From positions 12,067-76,066 of the forward strand of contig JBNKDM010000002.1 in NCBI GenBank assembly GCA_050288245.1: a DNA stretch of 64,000 bases, written 5' to 3'. Under the pieces are notes generated by a model, which was not told where the DNA came from, did no database searches, and saw only the letters and a list, made by a program, of their open reading frames with translations. This DNA is from Sedimenticolaceae bacterium (GTDB taxonomy: Bacteria > Pseudomonadota > Gammaproteobacteria > Chromatiales > Chromatiaceae). Position numbers and translations under genes: made by a program. This document shows, piece by piece, positions 30,942 to 40,944 of this stretch (position 1 is its first letter; each line of letters begins with the position of its first letter).

Positions 30942-33900
30942 ATGGAACCATCATTCGTCCATCTGCGCGTACACTCCGAATTCTCTCTGGTGGATGGCAT
31001 TGTCCGGATAAAACCACTTATCAAGGCGGTGCGCGAAGCCGGGATGCCGGCCGTTGCCATAACCGACCAATCAAACCTGTTTGCCATGGTCAAGTTCTAC
31101 CGGGCTGCTGTGGCAGGCGGGGTAAAACCTATAATCGGTGCTGATTGCTGGCTGCGGAATGAGCAGGATGTAAATCAACCCAACAGAATATTACTGCTGG
31201 TACAGACGGTGGAAGGTTATCAAAACCTCACCAGATTGATCTCCCGCAGTTATCAGGAGGGGCAGCATCTGGGGCGCCCGATGTTGGAACGGGAATGGTT
31301 AAACGGAAACAGCACCGGTCTGATTGCCCTTTCAGGTGGCTATGAAGGGGATGTGGGACGACTGCTGATAAGCGGCAACCGGGAGCAGGCTGCACAACTG
31401 CTGCAGGAGTGGCAAACACTGTTTGGTGATCGTTACTATCTTGAGATAAACCGCACAGGAAGGACTCAGGAGGAGGAGTATCTGCATGCCAGTGTGGAGT
31501 TGTCTCTGGAGACTGGGGTCCCGCTGGTTGCTACCAATGATGTGCGATTTATCAAGCAGGATGATTTTGATGCACACGAGGTCAGGGTCTGTATCCATGA
31601 CGGACGAACTATGGATGATCCGCGCCGACCAAAAAATTACACTCCCCAGCAATATCTGCGTAGCCAGGAGGAGATGGCCGAGCTGTTCTCTGATCTGCCA
31701 GAGGCGCTTGCCAATAGCGTCGAGATTGCAAAACGCTGCAGTTTGGAACTCACTCTAGGTAAAAATTACCTGCCGGAATTCCCGGTGCCTGAGGAGATGT
31801 CTGTCGAACAATTCACCATTCAGGAGTCAGAGAAGGGGCTGGAGTACCGTCTCAAGCAGATTCTTGATCAATCAGATCCTGCCTATACCGAAAAGCGCAA
31901 ACGCTATGTAGATCGGCTTAAATTGGAGCTGGATGTGATAATCCAGATGGGCTTCCCGGGCTATTTTCTGATTGTGGCGGATTTTATCCGCTGGGCCAGA
32001 GAGAACGATGTGCCGGTTGGTCCAGGGCGTGGATCCGGAGCAGGTTCCCTGGTGGCCTATGCCCTGCGTATTACCGATCTGGATCCAATTGAACACGAAT
32101 TGCTGTTTGAGCGCTTTCTCAACCCGGAGCGTGTCTCCATGCCCGACTTCGATGTGGATTTCTGTATGGAGGGGCGAGACCGGGTCATTGAGTATGTGGC
32201 CGAGCGCTATGGGCGAGACTCGGTGTCACAGATCATCACCTATGGCCGTATGGCTGCCAAGGCGGTGGTGCGGGACGTCGGTCGCGTGCTGGGTCACCCC
32301 TACGGATTTGTCGACCGCATAGCCAAGCTGATCCCGTTCGATCTTGGTATGACCTTGAAAAAGGCCCTGGAAGAGAGTGAGGAGCTGCATCAGGCCTATC
32401 GGGAAGAGGAGGAGGTTACCGAGCTGATCGATATGGCAATGAGTCTGGAAGGGGTGGCCAGAAACGCAGGTAAGCACGCAGGTGGTGTGGTTATCGCTCC
32501 TACCGTCCTTACTGACTTCACGCCGCTGTATTGTGAGGCCAGTGGCGACAACCTGGTCACCCAGTTCGATAAGGACGATGTTGAGGCGGTTGGCCTGGTA
32601 AAATTTGATTTCCTCGGCCTGCGTACCCTGACCATCGTGGACTGGGCCCTGAAGACAGTGAATGCTCAGCGCAGACAATCTGGTGAAGACGAGATTGATA
32701 TAGCCAAGATACCTTTGGCTGATACCAAGGCATTCAATCTGCTCAAATCATGTAAAAGTACCGCAGTATTTCAGCTGGAATCCCGTGGCATGAAGGAGTT
32801 GATAAAAAAACTCCAGCCAGACTGCTTTGATGACATTACGGCTCTTGTCGCCCTGTATCGTCCAGGACCACTCCAATCCGGAATGGTGGATGATTTTATC
32901 GCGCGTAAGCATGGACGCCAGAAGGTGGTATTTCCGCATCCGGCGTTGGAGCCAATCCTCAAGACGACATATGGCGTAATCCTGTATCAGGAACAGGTGA
33001 TGCAGATCGCCCAGGTTCTGGCCGGTTATACCCTGGGTGGGGCAGATCTATTGCGCCGGGCCATGGGAAAGAAGAAGCCGGAAGAGATGGCGAAACAGGG
33101 AGAGATATTCCGTAAGGGCGCGGTTGAACTCGGGGTTGATGAGAAGACCGCCACCTATATATTCGATTTGATGGAGAAATTTGCCGGCTACGGCTTCAAT
33201 AAATCACATTCGGCCGCCTATGCCCTGGTCTCGTACCAGACCCTATGGCTCAAGGCCCACCATCCAGCTGCATTCATGGCGGCGGTGTTGTCGGCGGACA
33301 TGGATAGCACCGATAAGGTGGTGATCATGATTGATGAGTGCAGAAGCATTGGCCTGCAGGTGAGCCCACCACATGTAAATCACTCTGAGTACAAATTTAC
33401 CGTCTCCGGTGAGGATACCGTTATATACGGTTTGGGCGCCATCAAGGGGGTAGGTGAATCTGCCATAGAGAGCATCCTGGAGGAGAGGAGGCGTGAGGGT
33501 ATATTTCAGGACCTGTTTGAGTTCTGCCGACGCATTGATCTGCGCAAGGCCAATCGCAGGGTACTGGAGTCTCTGATTCGAGCCGGAGCCATGGACGAGC
33601 TAGGTCCCAATAGGGCCAGTCTGATGTCACAACTCTCTTTGGCCCTAAAGATGGCGGAACAGCACCATGCCACGCAAAAGGCTGGGCAAAACGACCTGTT
33701 CGGCATGGAACAGCAGGGCAGCAGTAGTGTGCCTGATCAACAGATCATGCCAGATGTTTCCGAAGAGTGGGATGAGCAGCAGCGGCTGCAGGGAGAGAAG
33801 GAGACCCTAGGTCTGTATCTAACAGGGCATCCGATCAACCGTTATCTGGATGAGTTTTCAGGGATTGGGATTACCCGCATCTCCAATCTGTCACTGGACT

Positions 33901-34469
33901 CGGCTAAGTCTGCCGGCTCGAATGCTAAGGGCAGACGTGGTGGGGTGAAGGTTATGGCGGCTGGATTGGTTACCTCCGTCAGCCATCGTATGACTCAGCG
34001 TGGCCGTATGGGTACCATCGTACTGGATGACAGCACTGCCAGGATCGAAGTTACCCTGTTTTCTGAAATCTATGAAGAGCATAGAGAGCTGCTGGCTGTA
34101 GACAAGATTCTGGTTGTCACCGGAAGTCTCAACTATGACGAATATCGTGGAGGCTTAAGCATACGTGCGGATCAGGTGATGGAGTTTGAACAGGCAAGAT
34201 CCATCTATGCCCGGGCCCTGCAATTGAACACGGCAAAACTGCAAGGAGCGGTCAATCAGTCACTCCTGCAGGAGCTTCAGGGCATTCTCAGCACCTATAT
34301 CGGCGGAACATGTAATATCCGCCTGCGTCTGCTTAGAAGCGACTCAACCGGAATGATTGAGTTTGGTGACGCATGGAGGGTGACACCCACTGATGAGCTG
34401 ATTCGCCGACTTGAGCGGATATTCAATCATGATGGGATTGAGGTTGTGTATGGCAACAAACCCAGCTGA
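30942..34469 (+). CDS. dnaE: DNA polymerase III alpha subunit
   Basis: MEPSFVHLRVHSEFSLVDG (PHP domain) aligns with the E. coli DnaE N-terminus. An alternative ATG lies at 30927. ~1175 aa. Confidence 0.97.
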   Translation: MEPSFVHLRVHSEFSLVDGIVRIKPLIKAVREAGMPAVAITDQSNLFAMVKFYRAAVAGGVKPIIGADCWLRNEQDVNQPNRILLLVQTVEGYQNLTRLISRSYQEGQHLGRPMLEREWLNGNSTGLIALSGGYEGDVGRLLISGNREQAAQLLQEWQTLFGDRYYLEINRTGRTQEEEYLHASVELSLETGVPLVATNDVRFIKQDDFDAHEVRVCIHDGRTMDDPRRPKNYTPQQYLRSQEEMAELFSDLPEALANSVEIAKRCSLELTLGKNYLPEFPVPEEMSVEQFTIQESEKGLEYRLKQILDQSDPAYTEKRKRYVDRLKLELDVIIQMGFPGYFLIVADFIRWARENDVPVGPGRGSGAGSLVAYALRITDLDPIEHELLFERFLNPERVSMPDFDVDFCMEGRDRVIEYVAERYGRDSVSQIITYGRMAAKAVVRDVGRVLGHPYGFVDRIAKLIPFDLGMTLKKALEESEELHQAYREEEEVTELIDMAMSLEGVARNAGKHAGGVVIAPTVLTDFTPLYCEASGDNLVTQFDKDDVEAVGLVKFDFLGLRTLTIVDWALKTVNAQRRQSGEDEIDIAKIPLADTKAFNLLKSCKSTAVFQLESRGMKELIKKLQPDCFDDITALVALYRPGPLQSGMVDDFIARKHGRQKVVFPHPALEPILKTTYGVILYQEQVMQIAQVLAGYTLGGADLLRRAMGKKKPEEMAKQGEIFRKGAVELGVDEKTATYIFDLMEKFAGYGFNKSHSAAYALVSYQTLWLKAHHPAAFMAAVLSADMDSTDKVVIMIDECRSIGLQVSPPHVNHSEYKFTVSGEDTVIYGLGAIKGVGESAIESILEERRREGIFQDLFEFCRRIDLRKANRRVLESLIRAGAMDELGPNRASLMSQLSLALKMAEQHHATQKAGQNDLFGMEQQGSSSVPDQQIMPDVSEEWDEQQRLQGEKETLGLYLTGHPINRYLDEFSGIGITRISNLSLDSAKSAGSNAKGRRGGVKVMAAGLVTSVSHRMTQRGRMGTIVLDDSTARIEVTLFSEIYEEHRELLAVDKILVVTGSLNYDEYRGGLSIRADQVMEFEQARSIYARALQLNTAKLQGAVNQSLLQELQGILSTYIGGTCNIRLRLLRSDSTGMIEFGDAWRVTPTDELIRRLERIFNHDGIEVVYGNKPS

Positions 34470-34636
34470 CAGTAAACAGATGAAGTAACATCAAAACTAG
34501 AATATCATGAACATACTGCTACTAGCCGATATCATTGAATTTATTAACTAACTGTTTTTAATAATATTATTCCTCGCAACTATTAAGCGCTCAACGATAT
34601 TGTTATTCCCAAACTGAATCCGGTATATTTCCACCC

Positions 34637-35593
34637 ATGGATATGAATTTTCTTGAATTTGAACAACCAATCGCCGAACTGCAGGCCAAGATCGAAGAGT
34701 TGCGTCTGGTCGGTGACGATAATGAGATAAACATCCAGGATGAGATTGTCAGACTGGAGAAAAAAAGTAGATCTTTAACAGAATCAATCTTTTCCAATCT
34801 AAAGCCCTGGCAGATATCCCAACTGGCAAGGCATCCACAGCGTCCGTATATGCTCGATTACATAGATGGAGTGTTTGATGAGTTCCAGGAGCTACACGGT
34901 GACCGTACCTTCGCTGATGACCACGCCATAATCGGCGGTGTGGCGCGTCTTGATGGCAAACCGGTCATGCTGATCGGTCATCAAAAAGGTAGGAATACCA
35001 CGGAAAAATTATTTCGTAACTTCGGTATGCCACGTCCGGAGGGTTATCGCAAGGCGTTGCGTCTTATGGAGATGGCTGAACGCTTCAATATGCCTCTGCT
35101 CACCTTTATCGACACCCCTGGGGCCTACCCAGGCGTAGGTGCGGAAGAGCGCGGTCAGAGTGAGGCCATCGCCCGTAACCTGAAGGTTATGTCTGGGCTA
35201 AGGATACCGATTATATGTACGGTGATGGGGGAGGGCGGCTCCGGTGGTGCCCTGGCTATCGGTGTCGGTGATCGCGTATTGATGCTGGAGTACAGCACCT
35301 ATTCAGTTATCTCTCCCGAGGGTTGTGCCTCTATCCTGTGGAAGAGCGCAGACAAGGCACCTCTGGCGGCAGAGGCAATGGGAATCACCTCTGTTCGGCT
35401 CAAAGAACTGGGCCTGATTGACGGCATCATTAATGAGCCACTGGGTGGTGCTCACCGTGATATAGATTCCACCGTTAGCAATGTCAAACACAGCTTGCTG
35501 GAGACACTCGACACCCTATTCAATATCCCAATCGACAAACTTCTGGAGCAACGTTATACGCGGTTGATGCAGTACGGTAATTTTTCCGGGTAG
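34637..35593 (+). CDS. accA: Acetyl-CoA carboxylase carboxyltransferase alpha subunit
   Basis: [20 protein letters not shown] and [23 protein letters not shown]. Confidence 0.97.
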   Translation: MDMNFLEFEQPIAELQAKIEELRLVGDDNEINIQDEIVRLEKKSRSLTESIFSNLKPWQISQLARHPQRPYMLDYIDGVFDEFQELHGDRTFADDHAIIGGVARLDGKPVMLIGHQKGRNTTEKLFRNFGMPRPEGYRKALRLMEMAERFNMPLLTFIDTPGAYPGVGAEERGQSEAIARNLKVMSGLRIPIICTVMGEGGSGGALAIGVGDRVLMLEYSTYSVISPEGCASILWKSADKAPLAAEAMGITSVRLKELGLIDGIINEPLGGAHRDIDSTVSNVKHSLLETLDTLFNIPIDKLLEQRYTRLMQYGNFSG

Positions 35594-35601
35594 AGAGAGT
35601 T

Positions 35602-36933
35602 ATGGCTTTTAATCAGAGCCTGCTGCTGCAAACCTTATCTGCTTTACCATCCTGTAAGCGTATGTTGGTTGCCTACAGTGGAGGCATGGATTCACAAGTA
35701 CTGCTCCACGCTATTTTGCAAATCCGTGAACAACTCATGGCACAGGTAGAGGCCCTGCACGTCAACCATGGTCTACAGGAACAGGCCCAGATCTGGGCGG
35801 AAAAATGTTCTGCTTTCTGTAAACGACATAAAATCCCCATAGCTATCATGGAAGTGGATGCGACCCATGGTAAAGGTGAGAGTCCGGAAGCGGTTGCGCG
35901 TGACAGCAGATATAGCGCTATCGCTAAAATAATGCGGGAAGGGGATATACTGCTCACGGCGCACCACAGCGATGATCAGGCCGAAACGGTTCTGTTACAA
36001 CTGTTACGTGGCAGCGGTCCCAGTGGCCTTTCCGGAATGCCCATGATCAATGGCTTTGGTCCTGGATTCCATGCCAGGCCGCTGTTGGAACACTCCCGGG
36101 CCGACCTGGAGCAATATGCAAATAGTAATCACTTGGAGTGGCTGGAAGACTTCAGTAACCGCGATATCTCATTCGATCGTAACTATTTGCGTCATGAGGT
36201 AATTCCTCGGCTGCGGCAACGTTGGCCAGCACTGGATAGGACTCTTTCCCGTAGTGCCAGTCACTGTGCAGAGGCTCAATCGTTGATAGAACAGGCCGCC
36301 AGGATCGATCTGCAGTCGATGCATTTGGATCATGACGACAGCATGAGTATCAGCGCACTCGCTGCCCTGCCACCACCACGCGCGCGTGCTGTAATACGTG
36401 CCTGGATCAGTGATGCGGGATTAAATCTTCCCGACACTGTGCGTCTGGACCGGGTATTGCGTGAGATGCTCACCGCAAGAGAGGATCGCAACCCTATGGT
36501 TGATTGGCAGGGAGTAGAGTTACGCAGATACAGAGAACGTATCTATTTAATGCCAACCCTGCAGAATCTTGATCAAACATTGGAACTGGAGTGGGATGGA
36601 TGTTCGCCACTGATACTGCCATCAGGTCTTGGAGTTTTACACGCGGAAGCGGCGGAGCAGGGCATATCGGCGTCTGCTTGGGAGAGTGGCAATATCACTA
36701 TTGGTTTCAGGGCCGGCGGAGAACGCTGTCGGCCACTGGGCAGAAGCAATAGTAAGAGTCTGAAGAATCTGTTTCAGGAACATGCAGTTCCGCCCTGGCA
36801 ACGTGGCAGGATCCCTTTGGTAAAGATTGATGGTGAGCTGGCAGCAGTTGGAGATATATGGATATGTGACCTCTTCAAAGCCGCTGGCCCAGAGATGGCG
36901 GTCCGGTTGCGCTGGGAGCACCGTCCCGGATAG
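35602..36933 (+). CDS. tilS: tRNA(Ile)-lysidine synthase
   Basis: PP-loop VAYSGGMDS and HHSDDQAETVLLQLLRG. Position after accA as in E. coli. Confidence 0.94.
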   Translation: MAFNQSLLLQTLSALPSCKRMLVAYSGGMDSQVLLHAILQIREQLMAQVEALHVNHGLQEQAQIWAEKCSAFCKRHKIPIAIMEVDATHGKGESPEAVARDSRYSAIAKIMREGDILLTAHHSDDQAETVLLQLLRGSGPSGLSGMPMINGFGPGFHARPLLEHSRADLEQYANSNHLEWLEDFSNRDISFDRNYLRHEVIPRLRQRWPALDRTLSRSASHCAEAQSLIEQAARIDLQSMHLDHDDSMSISALAALPPPRARAVIRAWISDAGLNLPDTVRLDRVLREMLTAREDRNPMVDWQGVELRRYRERIYLMPTLQNLDQTLELEWDGCSPLILPSGLGVLHAEAAEQGISASAWESGNITIGFRAGGERCRPLGRSNSKSLKNLFQEHAVPPWQRGRIPLVKIDGELAAVGDIWICDLFKAAGPEMAVRLRWEHRPG

Positions 36934-36949
36934 CTTCTACTCCAGTGCC

Positions 36950-37990
36950 TCAGATGCCGGATATTCCGTCCTTAATAACATACACATCCAACCCAATCTG
37001 GCTTAGAAGAAATGCGGCGGTGGAGCTGCGCTGCCCGGTGTCACAATAGAGAATATATCTGGTTTCCTGGGACAATTCAGGCCCCTGTTGGCGAATGAGG
37101 CCAAGAGGGATATTGACTGCCCCTGCAACACCTGAGTTTTCATACTCGTCCCTGGTGCGAACATCCACCAGAGTTGCACCCTCTGAAATCATGGTTTCGG
37201 CCTGAGACATATCAACCCAATTGAGAATTGGTTCATTAAACAGTTCGATGAAGTCATTTTTTGCCAGGCGCATCAGTTTGCCATCGCTAAGCATGGTTAT
37301 GGTGGCGTTGCGTGGTGCATTAGCTATGAGAGACTCCTCCCCAAAACTACTACCCCTGCCAATTTCTGCTAATACCTCATCTCCATTGTCCGTAGGTCGG
37401 CTAACTTGGCAGCGGCCGGTCTTTACCATGTAATAGAATCCACCCTCTTCTCCGTACCTTACGATTATATCTCCCCTCTTTACATCGAGCTCCTCCATTC
37501 TGGAGAATAGTTCTTGTATATTCTGAGCAGGCAGTCGCAGAAATATCTGCGACTGCAGCATAGCCATCATCCACTCACTATCAAGTGCAGATGGCCCTTT
37601 CTCTGAAACGCTTTGTGTGTGGCTGGCACTTTGTTCAGATGATTCACCCCATGCCAACAAACGTTCCAACAGTACCCGGTTAATCCACACCAGGCTCGCT
37701 GTTGCTGATGTCACAACAGCGTCATGTTTACGCGGTAAAGATGCCGACAAGGCATAGCTTGCCTGTTTGGTGCCAGCACTGATTTCTATCTCTTTATTTT
37801 CAGCGGAAACAAGCTTGATTGCACCGGACATCAGGTAGATAGAGTCTGGATCATGATCACCCTGGTGAAAAATGGTATCGCCTTGGGTAAACTTCTCCAC
37901 TCTCGCCTGTTTGGCAAGTTGCATCAGGTTGTGTTCATAGAGGGCATTTATCGGAACAAGGGTGCGGAATTTGTTTAGGTCAAGATCCAT
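36950..37990 (-). CDS. Tandem cyclic-nucleotide-binding domain protein fused to a C-terminal rhodanese domain
   Basis: The second cNMP domain has a canonical phosphate-binding cassette FGEESLIANAPRNATITM. In the first, that cassette is degenerate (AGTKQASYALSASLPRKHDAVV). The C-terminal rhodanese has the active-site loop YCDTGQRSS. ATG 37990 is preceded by GAGGGA; the track start at 38014 is a TTG. Confidence 0.85.
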   Translation of the reverse strand: MDLDLNKFRTLVPINALYEHNLMQLAKQARVEKFTQGDTIFHQGDHDPDSIYLMSGAIKLVSAENKEIEISAGTKQASYALSASLPRKHDAVVTSATASLVWINRVLLERLLAWGESSEQSASHTQSVSEKGPSALDSEWMMAMLQSQIFLRLPAQNIQELFSRMEELDVKRGDIIVRYGEEGGFYYMVKTGRCQVSRPTDNGDEVLAEIGRGSSFGEESLIANAPRNATITMLSDGKLMRLAKNDFIELFNEPILNWVDMSQAETMISEGATLVDVRTRDEYENSGVAGAVNIPLGLIRQQGPELSQETRYILYCDTGQRSSTAAFLLSQIGLDVYVIKDGISGI

Positions 37991-38143
37991 TATGATCCCT
38001 CGTAAGCAATTCAATATTGGCGTGTTTTAGTTCAGAGACTAAATCTGCGGTTGCATCCACAGCTTTGGTAGCATAACTGATTACTGAACAGGTGGGAAAG
38101 TGATGTTTTTTCATTATCTTTGCTTGGTTCTATTTGTAAAAGT

Positions 38144-38722
38144 CTAAAGATAATCTTTGAATAGCTTAAGTACTTCTTCCTCGGAAAATTCTCTCTCTTT
38201 GACCCTTATGGTCTGTAATTCCTCACGTATCTTATTCTGCAGATAGTTATGTACCTGCCGCTTTTTGGTAAGCAGAGGAACGTTGCATACCACTGGGCCA
38301 CGTAGTTCGGTTATGGTTCCGTCTCTGGCGGTAATCTTAAGATCTGACCATTTGTCGATGATTATAGGGGTTATCCCGATGCTGAGCAGGAATTCATACG
38401 CCTTGTAGTAAGAGTTGGTCATTTTCCACAAAGGTATATTTTCGTCATTTTTGATATTTTTTAGCTGTTCGACTACTGCTGATGGCAGCTTGTGTCGCAT
38501 AAATGCTGCACCATAAAAGGTGAGAGTGTCCCAGCAATGTGATTCCAGCGGGCTGGATAGAACACCGATAGGAGCTAGAGGCCCATCCAGGCGTACATTT
38601 TGAAATTGCGTGCAAAATCCCAGGTTATCATCCTGTGCATCTATATATCCCAGTATTAATTCGCTGCCATTCCTGCGCGCAACCAGAAGCTTTTCCATGC
38701 CGATTTCAAATAGGTTTTCCAT
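38144..38722 (-). CDS. Hypothetical protein, 192 aa, no recognisable domain
   Basis: An uninterrupted 579-nt ORF in a ~35-43% GC stretch, where stop codons should be frequent. Same strand as the cNMP/rhodanese gene and 153 nt upstream of it. No signal peptide, no TM segment, and no obvious SD. Confidence 0.6.
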   Translation of the reverse strand: MENLFEIGMEKLLVARRNGSELILGYIDAQDDNLGFCTQFQNVRLDGPLAPIGVLSSPLESHCWDTLTFYGAAFMRHKLPSAVVEQLKNIKNDENIPLWKMTNSYYKAYEFLLSIGITPIIIDKWSDLKITARDGTITELRGPVVCNVPLLTKKRQVHNYLQNKIREELQTIRVKEREFSEEEVLKLFKDYL

Positions 38723-38840
38723 GGTAGCGGCGGTAAGTTACTCTAGTAAGGAATTAATGCTATCTTAATGTCTTTCTGCCATTGTCGCTATGGGTTGTTG
38801 AGCTTGTGTAGGTATTTTATTACTGGATTATGCCAATAAC

Positions 38841-38877
38841 AAAAAATTGACGGCAGGACATAATGTCCTGCCGTCAA
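38841..38877 (-). terminator. Rho-independent terminator after the Arg/Tyr-rich secreted-protein gene
   Basis: 31-nt near-perfect palindrome ttgacggcaggacataatgtcctgccgtcaa (38847-38877). On the minus strand it is followed by TTTTTT (38841-38846). It lies 19 nt past the stop at 38896. Confidence 0.85.
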
Positions 38878-38895
38878 TTAAGCCAGTTGCAGTAA

Positions 38896-39258
38896 TCAAT
38901 CACCGAAGTAGAAGGTAATTCCTGAACGCGGTCCTCTGTAGTAAAGGTCGTAGCTATATGGCGGATAGTCCCATATGGGGCTGTAATAGGGGTAGTATGG
39001 CGAGTAGAGGATAATCCTCCTGTCCTCGTGTCGGTTCCGTCTGTGATATCTATATCGCTCATGACGTCTATCGTGTCTATAGTCGCGTCCTCTCACCTTA
39101 TACAGGTCACTCTGAATAAATTCTGTTCTGGATAGTGCGCTGTTCCGTATGGAGAGATCAGCTGATCTGAATCCAGCTGATGCTGTTTGTGGAAGTGCGG
39201 AGAGTGTAACTAACAGGGTGAGTGTCGTGAAGATAAAATATGGGTTCCTGATCAACAT
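38896..39258 (-). CDS. Small secreted Arg/His/Tyr/Pro-rich protein (120-aa precursor)
   Basis: ATG 39258 lies 7 nt after AGGAG. Signal peptide MLIRNPYFIFTTLTLLVTLSALPQTASA. The mature part contains RGRDYRHDRRHERYRYHRRNRHEDRR followed by YSPYYPYYSPIWDYPPYSYDLYYRG. It has its own terminator. Confidence 0.7.
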   Translation of the reverse strand: MLIRNPYFIFTTLTLLVTLSALPQTASAGFRSADLSIRNSALSRTEFIQSDLYKVRGRDYRHDRRHERYRYHRRNRHEDRRIILYSPYYPYYSPIWDYPPYSYDLYYRGPRSGITFYFGD

Positions 39259-39394
39259 GTCGAATCTCCTAGCTCGATGGCAATGAGGTATCATTTAGTT
39301 GATATGTTAGAATTCCCTAACTGAATACATGCTGAACGGATTGATCTCTCTGATTTTAGAATACAAATTCATAATCAGATATAACATATTGATA

Positions 39395-40102
39395 TTACGA
39401 GATATATAGCTCACGACGGCGCATGTAACTTTCTACAATCTGATCAATACTTAGCTGTTCATACGGACCTAAGCCGCGCAGTGACATAAATTTAATACCG
39501 CTACCAATTATATTCCCGTCTTGTTTCAGGCAAAAACCAAGTTTAACTCGGCCCTTTTTCCCGTTTACCTCAAAGGTTGTTTCTGTGAGTTCCAGTTCCG
39601 GCCGGGAAATATCCAAATGTCTCAGGTCAATCTCCATGCTTTCATAGATCACCATAGGACGTGATGGGTTTATCATGGTGTTATGTTCCCGCATAAGCGG
39701 GACCAGTATGTGTGGAAAAGTGCGCCCTGAAAACTCAACATAACTGCGTGCCAAGCTGGCGATAGCAGTTTCATCGGTTGTGGAATCACCGGACCTGTTG
39801 ATTGAGAGATAGACTTTACCTTCACTATCTACGACGTCAACTGAACTGGGGTCTGTACTATGGAATAGTATGGAAATATTATCTGCCACCATACCTGAGA
39901 AAGAAAAGTGCATACGTTGGCTTAGTCCGAGCTTGGCCAGGGCAACAGAGAAAAGTAGATCTCCTGGTACGCAGAACATCTTGTTGTCAGGATCGTGCAG
40001 AGGGTTGAAATCACCAGCGATTGATTTTGCAAAGTCACTCGCTTGTTGTCGGGTAAAGCTTATGCCTTTTTTTGATTCAGAATAGTAGTCAGTCAGGAAC
40101 AT
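39395..40102 (-). CDS. MaoC-like hot-dog-fold protein (possibly DUF3581 family)
   Basis: N-terminal AGDFNPLHDPDN, the hydratase/dehydratase GDxNPxH motif. 235 aa. The DUF3581 assignment is from memory only. Confidence 0.75.
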   Translation of the reverse strand: MFLTDYYSESKKGISFTRQQASDFAKSIAGDFNPLHDPDNKMFCVPGDLLFSVALAKLGLSQRMHFSFSGMVADNISILFHSTDPSSVDVVDSEGKVYLSINRSGDSTTDETAIASLARSYVEFSGRTFPHILVPLMREHNTMINPSRPMVIYESMEIDLRHLDISRPELELTETTFEVNGKKGRVKLGFCLKQDGNIIGSGIKFMSLRGLGPYEQLSIDQIVESYMRRRELYIS

Positions 40103-40415
40103 ATAGATATCTACAAAGCTTGCTTAGGGTTAAATTATTTTATCGTTGTAACTTAAAATACGTATAGATTCAGTGGGATATGCTAGGTATTATGCTGTGA
40201 TCTGATTCTATCTGCAAAAAGAATACTGTACCACACTCTTTACTTGAGGTTCATACTACCAAAAGATCAGTTCGGATCAGTATATAACGTATGTGGCAAT
40301 GCTATTAATGTTGGACGGAGACTACGCTGCATACAGCATGTTTGCGAATTGTGCTATGTTAGCGCGTTCTGGTTTTGTGTAACTGCATCAGTAACTGGGT
40401 AATATAAATAATAAA

Positions 40416-40874
40416 ATGGATATATTAAAAACACTTGAAAAAACCCTGCATCAGGAGGTTCCTCTAACTCAGCAGATGGGCGTAAGAGTGGCATCACATA
40501 ACGGCCACGAATTGACCCTGCATGCTGATTTTGAACCAAATATTAATATCCACGGCACGGCCTTTGGTGGAAGTCTGTATAGTATCTGTGCAGTTACTTG
40601 CTGGGGTATGTTGCACCTTAAATTTGAGGAGGCAGGTCTGGATGCACACTGTGTTCTAGGGCAGGCGAAGATTTCCTATATGCTTCCGGTCAGAGGGGAT
40701 ATTCAGGCGCGTTGTCGCTTACCACAAGATGGATCGTTTGAACTGTTTATGCAGAGACTGGAACAGGGTGATCGGGCGCGGATTGAACTTACTGCAGATA
40801 TTATCACAGAGGCTGGACCTGCAGTTAGTTATGTAGGGAACTATTCAGCTTTTTTCAGCACCCATAATGGCTGA
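40416..40874 (+). CDS. YiiD C-terminal-type hot-dog thioesterase
   Basis: LHQEVPLTQQMGVRV...NINIHGTAFGGSLYSICAVTCWGMLHL...ISYMLPVRGD resembles the thioesterase domain of E. coli YiiD/FabY. Confidence 0.78.
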   Translation: MDILKTLEKTLHQEVPLTQQMGVRVASHNGHELTLHADFEPNINIHGTAFGGSLYSICAVTCWGMLHLKFEEAGLDAHCVLGQAKISYMLPVRGDIQARCRLPQDGSFELFMQRLEQGDRARIELTADIITEAGPAVSYVGNYSAFFSTHNG

Positions 40875-40944
40875 ATACTTCGGCACTTCCATGTGCTGCG
40901 ATAATACTAAGTAGACAGATGCCTCTTTTGGTTGCCAGAATGAA

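Noticed and set aside
37980-38114. 44-codon ORF (MKKHHFPTCSVISYATKAVDATADLVSELKHANIELLTRDHNGS) between the orphan and the cNMP/rhodanese gene. Its stop overlaps the downstream ATG region.
   Set aside because: It has no convincing SD, a non-distinctive sequence, and a short length. It could be a coupling uORF, but sequence alone does not support calling it.
38144-38722. The 192-aa orphan as the nucleotide cyclase partner of the downstream cNMP-binding protein (a Pycsar/CBASS-like or CYTH class IV cyclase idea).
   Set aside because: The only resemblances are short strings: YIDAQDDNLGFCT versus class III F-x-D-I-x-G-F-T, and FEIGMEKLL versus the CYTH ExExK motif. Both need insertions that break the motif. 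The effector also lacks the TM/TIR-type killing domain of known defence systems. The idea is kept only as an open question.
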